NCBI GenBank assembly: GCA_963749495.1
Contig: CAVVMW010000004.1
Span: 608,001-672,000, forward strand
Source: an uncultured bacterium
GTDB lineage: Bacteria > Verrucomicrobiota > Verrucomicrobiia > Limisphaerales > UBA8199
Reading direction: 5' to 3'
Length of the DNA stretch: 64,000 nucleotides
In this document: piece by piece, positions 30,847 through 39,501 of the stretch
Layout: every line of letters starts with the position of its first letter
How positions within the stretch are numbered: position 1 is the first letter of the stretch
The notes under the pieces: generated by a model
What the model was told of the DNA's origin: nothing
Databases searched by the model: none
What the model saw: only the letters and a program-made list of their open reading frames with translations
Made by a program: the position numbers and the translations under genes

Positions 30847-31604
30847 GGATGCAAGTGGTTGACTTTCATTGTCATCTCGATCTTTACCCGGAGCACGAGC
30901 GCGTCTTCGCCGCCGCTCGGGGGAGCGGTGTGGAGTTGCTCGCTGTCACTACGACTCCGCGAGCATCGGCTCACAATCTCGAATTGGCTGCCGGGACACC
31001 GACGATTCGCGTCGGCCTCGGGCTGCATCCTCAATTGGTAGGGCAACCCGTAGCGGACCTTCCAATGTTCAAACGACTTGCTTCCAAAACTCACTACATT
31101 GGCGAGATCGGCCTCGACGCCAGCCCCCAATACTACCGGTCTTTTCAGGCTCAACGCGAAACATTCGCCGCGGTGCTTCAAGCGTGCGTTCGAAGCGCGC
31201 CAAAGGTGCTCTCCATCCACTGCGTGCGCGCACACCGAGAACTCTTTCGGTTGCTCGAAGCGCATTGGTCTCCGGATGCGGGCACGCCTGTTTTGCACTG
31301 GTTTTCCGGCGGCCCGGCCGAAGCGCGTCGTGCTATCAACCTCGGGTGCTGGTTCTCGATCAATCCCGCAATGGGTCGCAGCGAGAGTGCCGCATGCGTG
31401 CTCAAGAGCCTCCCAATCGAGCGATTGCTTACCGAAACGGACGGCCCCTTTGTTTCAGACCATTCGGGGCGGGTCCTGCAGCCCGGCGAAGTTCTCGGCT
31501 CGGTTGAGCTCATTGCACGATGTCATTCTCGTCCACGCGCCGAAGTCGAAGCGGTCATCATGAAAAACCTTGAGCGCATCCGGGCCGCACTTCCTCCGGG
31601 CTGA
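30843..31604 (+). CDS. qatD: TatD-family nuclease QatD
   Basis: DFHCHLDLYP, GLHPQL, GEIGLD, HWFSG and TETDGPF motifs. Confidence 0.85.
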   Translation: MRMQVVDFHCHLDLYPEHERVFAAARGSGVELLAVTTTPRASAHNLELAAGTPTIRVGLGLHPQLVGQPVADLPMFKRLASKTHYIGEIGLDASPQYYRSFQAQRETFAAVLQACVRSAPKVLSIHCVRAHRELFRLLEAHWSPDAGTPVLHWFSGGPAEARRAINLGCWFSINPAMGRSESAACVLKSLPIERLLTETDGPFVSDHSGRVLQPGEVLGSVELIARCHSRPRAEVEAVIMKNLERIRAALPPG

Positions 31605-31858
31605 GACGAATGCTCGAGGATTACCGTTCGGATTCGCATAAACCCTGAACACAACTTAATAAGCCAATGGCCAATCGTCTTGAAGACAGGATATCAGCCG
31701 TGTTCAGTGCATTTACCTCTACCAATCGGCCGTCAGGCGCGAGGAAAACCTAGATAGAGCCTGTCCCAAAAGAGAGCGGCCCGGAACGGCCGGGCCTTGC
31801 TGAAGCCGTGGCCAGGGGATAACCGGCTGATTTTGGCCAAAGCCGTCAAAATGGTCCT

Positions 31859-32089
31859 CTATAATGCCCGGGGGGCTTGGTTTTTGCGTGCCCGCCGCTT
31901 GGTGGTTGTCGGCGGGGGCTCCAGTCGAAGCAAGTGCAGTTCGCCTCGGTCCAGCAATTCCCATTGAACGTGATCTCCGGGGTTCAGGCCGATGGCCGCC
32001 GCTAGGGCCAGGGGAAAAGTCACGAAGAGCCGGGGCTGCTTGCCTTGCGAACGGATGGCCTGGACCTTCAAAGGATAGGTGGTCTGCAT
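31859..32089 (-). CDS. Small AbrB/MazE-like protein associated with an IS
   Basis: LFVTFPLALAAAIGLNPGDHVQW pattern. Confidence 0.55.
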   Translation of the reverse strand: MQTTYPLKVQAIRSQGKQPRLFVTFPLALAAAIGLNPGDHVQWELLDRGELHLLRLEPPPTTTKRRARKNQAPRAL

Positions 32090-32150
32090 TTTTTTCGATA
32101 TTGTTTCAGATTGTGCTTGCATTTCATGGGTTAGATTATAATCTAATCCC

Positions 32151-32994
32151 ATGTCCGATGCTCTTATTATTCCTTTTGAACTGCCCCTGCCGCAAGTCCT
32201 GCCCACCATCGAAGGCAATGTTGATTACCGCGATTTCCGCGACCAGTTGCTGCGCATCGATCATCTGCTGCGCGACAGCGGCCTGGAAACCCAACTCATG
32301 CGAAAAGACCTCCAGGGGTGGCTGGGCCGGCACCGACACGTCAGCGCCAAAGCCCAGCAGACCCGCCAAAAGCACTGCCGGCGCGCCTTGCGCTGCAATA
32401 TCGCCCCCACCTTGATCGGGGGAAACTACCGCGGGTTTGCCGCCCGTTCGGCCGACAGCCCCTTGCTCCAATTCTTCTGCGGCCTCAGCGAAGTGGACCG
32501 CGTGCAGGTGCCCAGCAAAAGCACCCTCCAGCGCTATGATCTGTGGTGGCCAGAAGCCCAGGTGCACCAAGTCGTTGAGCAACTGCTCAATCAAGGCGCC
32601 ACAGCCCCGGACCAACTCCATCTGCCCCAGGCCCTGGATCTGGAAAGCGCCTTCCTGGACACCACCTGCCTGGCGGCCAACATCCACTACCCGGTTGATT
32701 GGGCGTTGCTGCGCGACGGCACCCGCACGCTCATGAAGGCGGTGCAACTCATCCGCGACCAGGGCCTCAAACATCGCATGGAAGAGCCCCAGACGTTTGT
32801 CCGGCGCATCAACCACCTGTGCATCCAGATGACTCACGCCTGGAACAAGGACAACGACAGCCAACGGCAGCGCAAAAAGACGTTGCGCCAGATGGACCGC
32901 GTGGTGAGGGTGGTCCGCAGTCATGCCCGGCGCTATCGGGACCTGCTGGAGGAGGGTTGGGAGCAGACCGATTGGACCCAAGCCCAGGCCCAGC
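32151..32994 (+). pseudogene. IS5-like transposase, truncated by IS66 copy 2
   Basis: VPSKSTL and FLDTTCLAANIHYPVD motifs. Confidence 0.75.
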
Positions 32995-33056
32995 GTGATG
33001 CTTCGGCAAGGATGCGTGCCCGGTTGCGGTGGGCAGGGTAGTCTTGCTGCCAGATT

Positions 33057-33473
33057 ATGGCAGCGACGAGAGCAGCGTCGTCCGACCCCGCCTTGGCGGT
33101 CGGCTTGGCACGGGTGCAACCGGCCCTGGCGGCCTGGCGGCAGCGGCGACGGCACCGAGAAGCTATTCCTGAGAACTTGTGGCGGCTGATTGTGCCCTTG
33201 GCCCAGTCACACGGCGTGAGTCCGGTGGCCCGAGCACTCCGTCTCAATTACACCGCGCTGCGGCAGCGCACTCTGGCCGGGAGGGCACCGGTGCTGGCGG
33301 GCAACCCATCTGCTGGGTTCGTGGAGGTGGCGGTGCCTCCGTGGCCAGGCGGGGCGCCGTGGAGCATTGAACTGGAGGATCACCGCGGCGCCAAAATGAC
33401 GGTGCGCCTGGCTTGCGGTGATGCTGCCACCGTGCTGGCCTTGGCCCAAGGGCTGTGGAGGCAGCGGCCGTGA
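33057..33473 (+). CDS. IS66 TnpA-like accessory protein
   Basis: First ORF of the element; HTH-like segment plus FVEV motif. Confidence 0.7.
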   Translation: MAATRAASSDPALAVGLARVQPALAAWRQRRRHREAIPENLWRLIVPLAQSHGVSPVARALRLNYTALRQRTLAGRAPVLAGNPSAGFVEVAVPPWPGGAPWSIELEDHRGAKMTVRLACGDAATVLALAQGLWRQRP

Positions 33474-33832
33474 TCCAACTGACCCCGCAAATGCGTTTGC
33501 TGCTGGCGGTCGAGCCGGTGGACTTTCGCAAGGGCATCGATGGGCTGGTGGCGGTCTGCCGCCAAAGGCTCGCCGCCGATCCTTTAGCGGGCGGGTGGTT
33601 CGTCTTTTCGAATCGACGGCGCCAAGCCCTTAAACTGCTGGTGTGTGACGGCCAGGGATTTTGGCTGTGCCAGAAGCGACTCTCGCAGGGGCGCTTTAAT
33701 TGGTGGCCCAGCCCCAGCCAGCAAGCGACGTTGGGTCTGGATGTGCATCAACTGCAGTTGTTGCTGTGGAATGGCAATCCCAGCCAGGCCCAAGCGGCGC
33801 CGATGTGGCGTCCGATTGCGCCGACGGCTTAA
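33470..33832 (+). CDS. tnpB: IS66 TnpB (Orf2) accessory protein
   Basis: VDFRKGIDGL..DGQGFWLCQKRL motif. Confidence 0.9.
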   Translation: MIQLTPQMRLLLAVEPVDFRKGIDGLVAVCRQRLAADPLAGGWFVFSNRRRQALKLLVCDGQGFWLCQKRLSQGRFNWWPSPSQQATLGLDVHQLQLLLWNGNPSQAQAAPMWRPIAPTA

Positions 33833-33901
33833 ATGCGCCGGCCGCACAAAGATCGCACAACGCCCTTGCGTTCCAGATCCTGAGCGCGTATTCTGGCGCC
33901 C

Positions 33902-34798
33902 GTGCAGAGCGCATTTCGTTATCGCGGGCGCGACTACAGTGCCGCCGAGATTGAATCGATCCGGCAGTTAGTCGCCGCCCATCGGGGTTTGAGCCGGCGG
34001 CGGCTCTCGGCCAAGCTATGCGAGGCCTGGAACTGGGTGCAGCCCAATGGCCAGCCGCGCGACATGGTCGCCCGGAGCCTGATGCTGGAGCTACACCGGG
34101 CGGGCCACCTGCAACTGCCGGCCAAGCGGATGTCGCCGCCCAACAATGCGACGGCTCATTGGCGGCCGGTCTCGCCCGAACTGGAATTGCCGCTGGAGCC
34201 CGCGCCGCTGGAATGTTCTCTGGGCCAGTTGGGGCCCTTGGAAATCCGGCAAGTGCGCCGCACGGCTGAGGAGGGACTTTTTGACCGGCTACTCCAAAGC
34301 CACCATTACCTGGGATATACTCGGCCCGTCGGGGAACATCTCAAACATCTGGTGTATGGGCGGGGTCAGCCGGTGGCTTGCCTGGCGTGGTCGTCGGCGC
34401 CTCGGCACCTGGGGCCGCGCGATCGTTTCATTGGGTGGTCGGCGGCGCAGCGGCGGGCCAACATTCATCTGCTGGCCTACAACACGCGCTATTTGCTGAT
34501 GCCCTGGGTTTTGGTGCCCTGCTTGGCCAGTCATGTGTTAGCCGCCGTGGCGCGCGTGCTCTCCGCGGATTGGCAAGCGCTCTACCATCATCCGATTTAC
34601 CTGCTGGAGACCTTCATCGAGCCGGAGCGGTTTCGTGGCACCTGCTACCGGGCGGCCAACTGGACTTATCTGGGCTTGACCACGGGGCGGGGCAAGGATG
34701 CGCCCACCAAGCAGCCTAATCGCTCGCTCAAAGAGCTGTGGGTTTATCCGTTGCGGGCCGACTTTCGCCGCCGACTGGGCGCCCCGGGCCATGGCTAA
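33902..34798 (+). CDS. DUF4338 / DruA-like domain protein carried inside IS66
   Basis: HHYLGY, RDRFIGWS, NTRYLL, LETF..RFRGTCYRAANW..G.T.GRG motifs. Confidence 0.8.
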   Translation: MQSAFRYRGRDYSAAEIESIRQLVAAHRGLSRRRLSAKLCEAWNWVQPNGQPRDMVARSLMLELHRAGHLQLPAKRMSPPNNATAHWRPVSPELELPLEPAPLECSLGQLGPLEIRQVRRTAEEGLFDRLLQSHHYLGYTRPVGEHLKHLVYGRGQPVACLAWSSAPRHLGPRDRFIGWSAAQRRANIHLLAYNTRYLLMPWVLVPCLASHVLAAVARVLSADWQALYHHPIYLLETFIEPERFRGTCYRAANWTYLGLTTGRGKDAPTKQPNRSLKELWVYPLRADFRRRLGAPGHG

Positions 34799-35883
34799 AA
34801 GCACCGCTCCCGAGATCGTCAGTCTGAGCTCGGCCCAGGTGGAAGAGCTGCTGGTGACGTTGGCGCCGCTGTTGCCGCCAGAGACCTACCGGTTAGTCGA
34901 AAGAGTATTGCGGACCCTCCAATGGCTCATGGGCGCCATCGAAGCCAAGGACACCACCATCGGCCGGTTGGCGCGCATGATCTTCGGAGCTAAGACCGAG
35001 AAAACCGGCCAGCTTTTTCCCCAGCCGCCGCCAACCGGTTGCCCAAGTGCCGCCGCTGCAGCGCCTCCAGCCAAGCGTGAAGGCCATGGCCGCACGAGCG
35101 CAGCGGACTACACCGGAGCCAAACGGGTCCAAGTGCCCCACCCGCAACTGCGCCCGGGCGATCTTTGTCCCGACTGCAAGCAAGGCAAACTCTACCTCCT
35201 GAAGCGGCCCGCACAGATCGTGCGCATTACCGCCCAGTCTCTGTTTGCCGCGACCCGCTTCGAGTTGGAGAAGCTGCGCTGCAAGCTCTGCGGCAGAACC
35301 TTCACCGCTGCGGCACCTCCGGAGGCGGGCCTGGAAAAGTACGATCCGAACGTCGGCCCCATGCTGGGCTATTGGCGCTTTTGCGGCGGCCTGCCGCATT
35401 ACCGGTTGGACAAGGTGCAGACCGACCTGGGCGTGCGTCTGGCTGCCTTCACGCAATGGGAACTCATGGCCAAAGCCGGCCAGGCCCTCGAACCGGTGCA
35501 AGAGGCCTTAATCACCCTGGCGGCTCAGGGCCACTTGATCCACAATGACGACACGACCATGCGGGTGCAGAGCCTGGCCAAGGAAACCAGCGCCTGCCTA
35601 CCGGACAGGCAGGCCGCCACGGAGGGTAAAGAGCGCACCGGGATCTTCACCACCAGCCTGCTCTCGGAGGTGGAGGGCCATCGCATCGCCCTGTTCATTA
35701 CCGGGCACCATCACGCCGGCGAGAACCTGGACCAGTTGCTGGCGCGTCGCGCCAAAGAGGCCTCAACGACATCTCGGAGGTGCTCCGGCACCAGTCGCAG
35801 AACACGACGGAGATCTATGCCAAGGTCGATCTCCGTTCGCTGCGAGAAGTGGCCAGGCCATGGCCCCGGATAGGAGGTGTGCG

Positions 35884-36831
35884 ATGAAGACCCTTCGCGA
35901 TCACCTCGCCGAGTATGTCGCGGTTCGCCGGGCCTTCGGCGCCCAACTTCGGGAACAGGCGGTGACGCTCGGCCACTTCATCGACTATCTGGAGAGCCAA
36001 GGGGCGCGGTCCATTACGACCAAGCTGGCCGTGGATTGGGCGAGAAAGCCAGAGCGAGCACAGCGTGCCACCTGGGCCCGCCGCCTCTCCATGGTCAGGG
36101 GATTTGCCTCCTGGCTGAGTGTCCGCCATCCGCGCACGGAGGTCCCCCCGCGCGGCCTCATGGAAGCCCGCCACCGCCGCAACAGCCCCTACATCCACAC
36201 CGAGGCGGAGATCCAACGATTGATGGCGGAGGCGATGGACCTGCCTTCATCGAAGGGCTTGCGGGGCCTCACCCTGGCAACCCTCGCCGGCCTCATGGCG
36301 TGCACCGGCCTGCAACCCGGCGAAGCCGTGGCGCTCGAACTCAATGACGTGGACCTGCACACCCAAGTGCTCCTCATCCGCCAAAGCAAGTTCGGCAAGT
36401 CTCGCCTGGTCCCGATCCACGACTCCACGCGGCACGCCCTGGCCCAATATGCCCAGCAACGTGATCAACTCCATCCCCGTCGTCAAACCACCAGGTTCTT
36501 CGTCTCCGATCGTGGCACCGGATTGCACGCCGACACCATCCGGCGCACGTTCGCGAAAATATCCCGTGCCATCGGCTTGCGCCAGCAGCAGGAGGGCCGG
36601 CGCATTGGACGTGGCCCCAGACTTCAGGACCTGCGCCACACCTTTGCCACGGAACGCTTGGTGGAATGGTATCGGGCCGGGCTGAATGCCGGACGGCAAA
36701 TGCCCAAGCTGGCCACCTACCTCGGCCACGCCTCGGTCGGTAACACCTGCTGGTACATCGAGGCCGTCCCGGAGCTCCTTGGCCTGGCAAGCGAGTCTCG
36801 ATTCCACTTCACCCAGGGAGGTGCGCAATGA
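35884..36831 (+). CDS. RIT tyrosine recombinase B (catalytic Arg apparently changed to Gln)
   Basis: TGLQPGEA, SKFGKSR, DLRHTFA and LATYLGH motifs. Confidence 0.85.
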   Translation: MKTLRDHLAEYVAVRRAFGAQLREQAVTLGHFIDYLESQGARSITTKLAVDWARKPERAQRATWARRLSMVRGFASWLSVRHPRTEVPPRGLMEARHRRNSPYIHTEAEIQRLMAEAMDLPSSKGLRGLTLATLAGLMACTGLQPGEAVALELNDVDLHTQVLLIRQSKFGKSRLVPIHDSTRHALAQYAQQRDQLHPRRQTTRFFVSDRGTGLHADTIRRTFAKISRAIGLRQQQEGRRIGRGPRLQDLRHTFATERLVEWYRAGLNAGRQMPKLATYLGHASVGNTCWYIEAVPELLGLASESRFHFTQGGAQ

Positions 36832-37823
36832 TCACCGCCAACCTGGCAGGCCATGTGCAACGCTTCTTCACGGACCGCTTGATGGGGCAACTCGGCGCCA
36901 GTGCGCACACCGTCGCCAGTTACCGGGACACCTTCCGCCTGCTGCTCCACTTCGCCACCAAACGTCTCAAATGCCAGCCCAGCCAGCTTCGGCTGGGGCA
37001 GATCAATGTCCCCTTCTTGAACGCCTTTTTTAAACACCTGGAACAGGACAGGTGCAACAGTGTCCGCACGCGAAATAATCGTCTGGCCGCCGTACATGCG
37101 TTCTTTCGCTACGTCTGCCTCCGGGATCCTTGGCTGGCACTCCACTGCCAGCGCGTTCTGGCGATGCCCTCCAAGCGTTACGAACGCCGTCCCGTGGAGT
37201 TCCTCACCGCCGAAGAAGCGGAAGCTCTCCTCAAAGCTCCGGATCCCGCGACCTGGATTGGCCGCCGCGACCAAGCCCTCCTGCAGGTGGCCCTGCAGAC
37301 CGGGTTGCGCAATGCGGAGATCACCTCGCTCCGGCGCCAGGATGTCCAATTGGGCACGGGTGCTCACGTCCGCTGCCTCGGCAAGGGCCGCAAGCAGCGC
37401 TGCACGCCTTTGCGCCCCGACGTGGCGACGCACCTTGGGCAATGGCTGTCGGAGCAACCAGCAGAGCCAACCTCGCCGGTCTTTTCAACGGCTCGCGGCA
37501 ACGCCCTCAGCCCCGATGCCCTGCAGCGGCTGGTCGCCCGACATTGGAAATCGGCCGCGCAGGTTTGCCCCTCGCTCAAAACCAAACATGTCACGCCCCA
37601 TACGCTGCGCCACACGGCGGCCATGGAACTTTTGCGCCGCGGGGTCGATCTGACGGTGATTGCGCTTTGGCTCGGTCACGAGTCAACTCAAACCACACAA
37701 ACCTATCTCCATGCCGACATGTCGCTAAAGGAACGAGCCCTCGCCCATGCCGCTCCGAACGGAATTGCCCCCAAACGTTACTGTCCTCCAGACCCGCTGC
37801 TGAGGTTCCTGGAGAACCTGTGA
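36828..37823 (+). CDS. RIT tyrosine recombinase C
   Basis: TGLRNAE, GKGRKQR, HTLRH and LWLGHES..TY motifs. Confidence 0.9.
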   Translation: MITANLAGHVQRFFTDRLMGQLGASAHTVASYRDTFRLLLHFATKRLKCQPSQLRLGQINVPFLNAFFKHLEQDRCNSVRTRNNRLAAVHAFFRYVCLRDPWLALHCQRVLAMPSKRYERRPVEFLTAEEAEALLKAPDPATWIGRRDQALLQVALQTGLRNAEITSLRRQDVQLGTGAHVRCLGKGRKQRCTPLRPDVATHLGQWLSEQPAEPTSPVFSTARGNALSPDALQRLVARHWKSAAQVCPSLKTKHVTPHTLRHTAAMELLRRGVDLTVIALWLGHESTQTTQTYLHADMSLKERALAHAAPNGIAPKRYCPPDPLLRFLENL

Positions 37824-38326
37824 TTATGCCGACCAGCGGCGCCAGGGAAAACCGCCGGCCAGAGCCGGGATGCCATCGCCGGCTCTGGCCGGCTAATCGC
37901 CAGCCAACCTCTCATCTGGTTCGACGCGCTGAGCCAGAACCGTACGCGGCATAATCCTGGGGGCGGCATAATATCTGCGAGCGGGCCTTGAAGATGGCGA
38001 TCCTCCACCGGAAAAACTCGCTGGGCTACAAAACCCAAAACGGCGCTCGGCTGGGGGACCTGTTCATGAGTTTGATCCACACCTGCCGGCTCTGCGCCGG
38101 CAACCCCCTGGACTATCTCAACGCCATTCAGCGCCATGCCAAGGAGGCGAGGGAACATCCGACCCGGTGGTTCCCCTGGAATTACAAGCAAGCCCTCCCA
38201 CCTGCCGATACCGGCTGAGCAAGACTGAATGGCCCGCGCCGGCCGCCAGCCGACTCCCCCCCGTAAACACCGCGCTCACGCGCGAAGCGGATTTTTTGGG
38301 CCGGCGCACGCTTGCCGAAGCAACAC

Positions 38327-39146
38327 CCTCGATGAGCTATTCAAGTCTTTCGAGCAGGATGATCCAGGACTCTCTGCCATCCTCGAAGCGCTAGCTTTCA
38401 CCGGCACGGCCGCCGCTCTGGAAACCCTGCGCGTGATTGAATTTCGCCTCGCAAGCCGGGTGCCTGAATTGCGTGCTGAGTTGGCTTGCGGCGACCGCTC
38501 GTCGGCGTTTGTCAGCCAGTTGATGCGTGGGGAATGCCTGCCCGCGCGCGAAGAGTTCCTGAAGCAGCTTCGGCATGCGATCCAGTGCATCGCCAGCCGG
38601 CCGGAGCCGCTGCCTATGAATGTAAAGGAGAATATTTTGGCAGCGGCCTCAGCGACACCGGAATCCATCAGCACGCTCTTGAGCCGAATGGAGGACGACA
38701 AACTTGAGTTCAAGGCGGCGTTGCGATGGGACCCGGCTAGCAAAGCCATTGACGAAAAGCTTGAACGTCGCGTTTTACAGACGGTGGCCGGGTTTGCGAA
38801 CGCTGCCGGTGGCACGCTCCTTATCGGAGTCAATCCCGATCGGAAGGTCATCGGCTTGGAGAGGGACTACGCTTCGCTCAAGGGTGACAGTGACCTATTT
38901 GAGCGGCATCTTCGGCAGCTTTTTCAGGGGCAGCTCGGCAAAGCTGTGACGATCTTGAACGTGAAGATCTCTTTCCACGAGATTGGCGGAATGGAGATCT
39001 GCCGCGTTGACGTGGAACCCGTTTCGGAGCCGGTGTTCACCAAATCAAGTGGCAGAGAAGCGTTTTACGTGAGGAACGGAAACGCAACAGTTCCGTTGGA
39101 GGGTGGCGAGTTGGCCAAGTATTTGAAGCGTCGGTTCCGAAGTTGA
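38327..39146 (+). pseudogene. Schlafen/AlbA_2-domain protein, 5'-truncated by IS66
   Basis: EDDKLEFK, AGFANAAGGTLLIGV and FYVRNGN motifs. Confidence 0.8.
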
Positions 39147-39501
39147 GCACTTCAGGTGGCTGCCCGCAAAACCGCTGGCGCACGCGTCAGCTCCTATTGA
39201 CCTTGGCACACTTCTCGACGATCGGGCGCGCAAAAACCCGGAGCCCTCCGGTGCGGCCCCACGGGCCATGAGCTCTTCACGCCGCAGAACACCCGGATTG
39301 TGGGGAGCCCCCTGCCAAAAGCAGCACAACTGACCGCAACATGCCGCCGTTCTGATCCACCCGTCGTCTCGATGCGCAGCAGGCGAGCACGCTGACAATA
39401 CCGCCGTTCATCTTGGAGCTGGGTGGTTGCACCTCCCGGCCGAATCAATCTGGCCCGTGCGGGAGGTTAAGAGCCTCAAGGCCGCACTTCTCCGCTCCAT
39501 C

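Larger units (their letters stand above)
35750..37972 (+). mobile_element. RIT (recombinase-in-trio) element remnant; first recombinase mostly deleted
   Basis: RitA tail ISEVLRHQSQNTTEIYAKVDL..RPWP, two further integrases, terminal CGGCATAAT repeats. Confidence 0.85.
34791..38218 (+). pseudogene. tnpC: IS66 TnpC transposase, interrupted by RIT with loss of its middle
   Basis: N-terminal part with CPDC and HNDDTT to about 35750; C-terminal NICERALK..RKNSL resumes at about 37970. Confidence 0.85.
32995..38326 (+). mobile_element. IS66-like element, copy 2, with nested RIT remnant
   Basis: Inverted repeats GTGATGCTTCGGCAAG / CTTGCCGAAGCAACAC. Confidence 0.88.

Noticed and set aside
33470..33832. 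tnpB as an RNA-guided nuclease
   Set aside because: This is the IS66 accessory TnpB, unrelated to IS200/IS605 TnpB; 120 aa with no RuvC domain.
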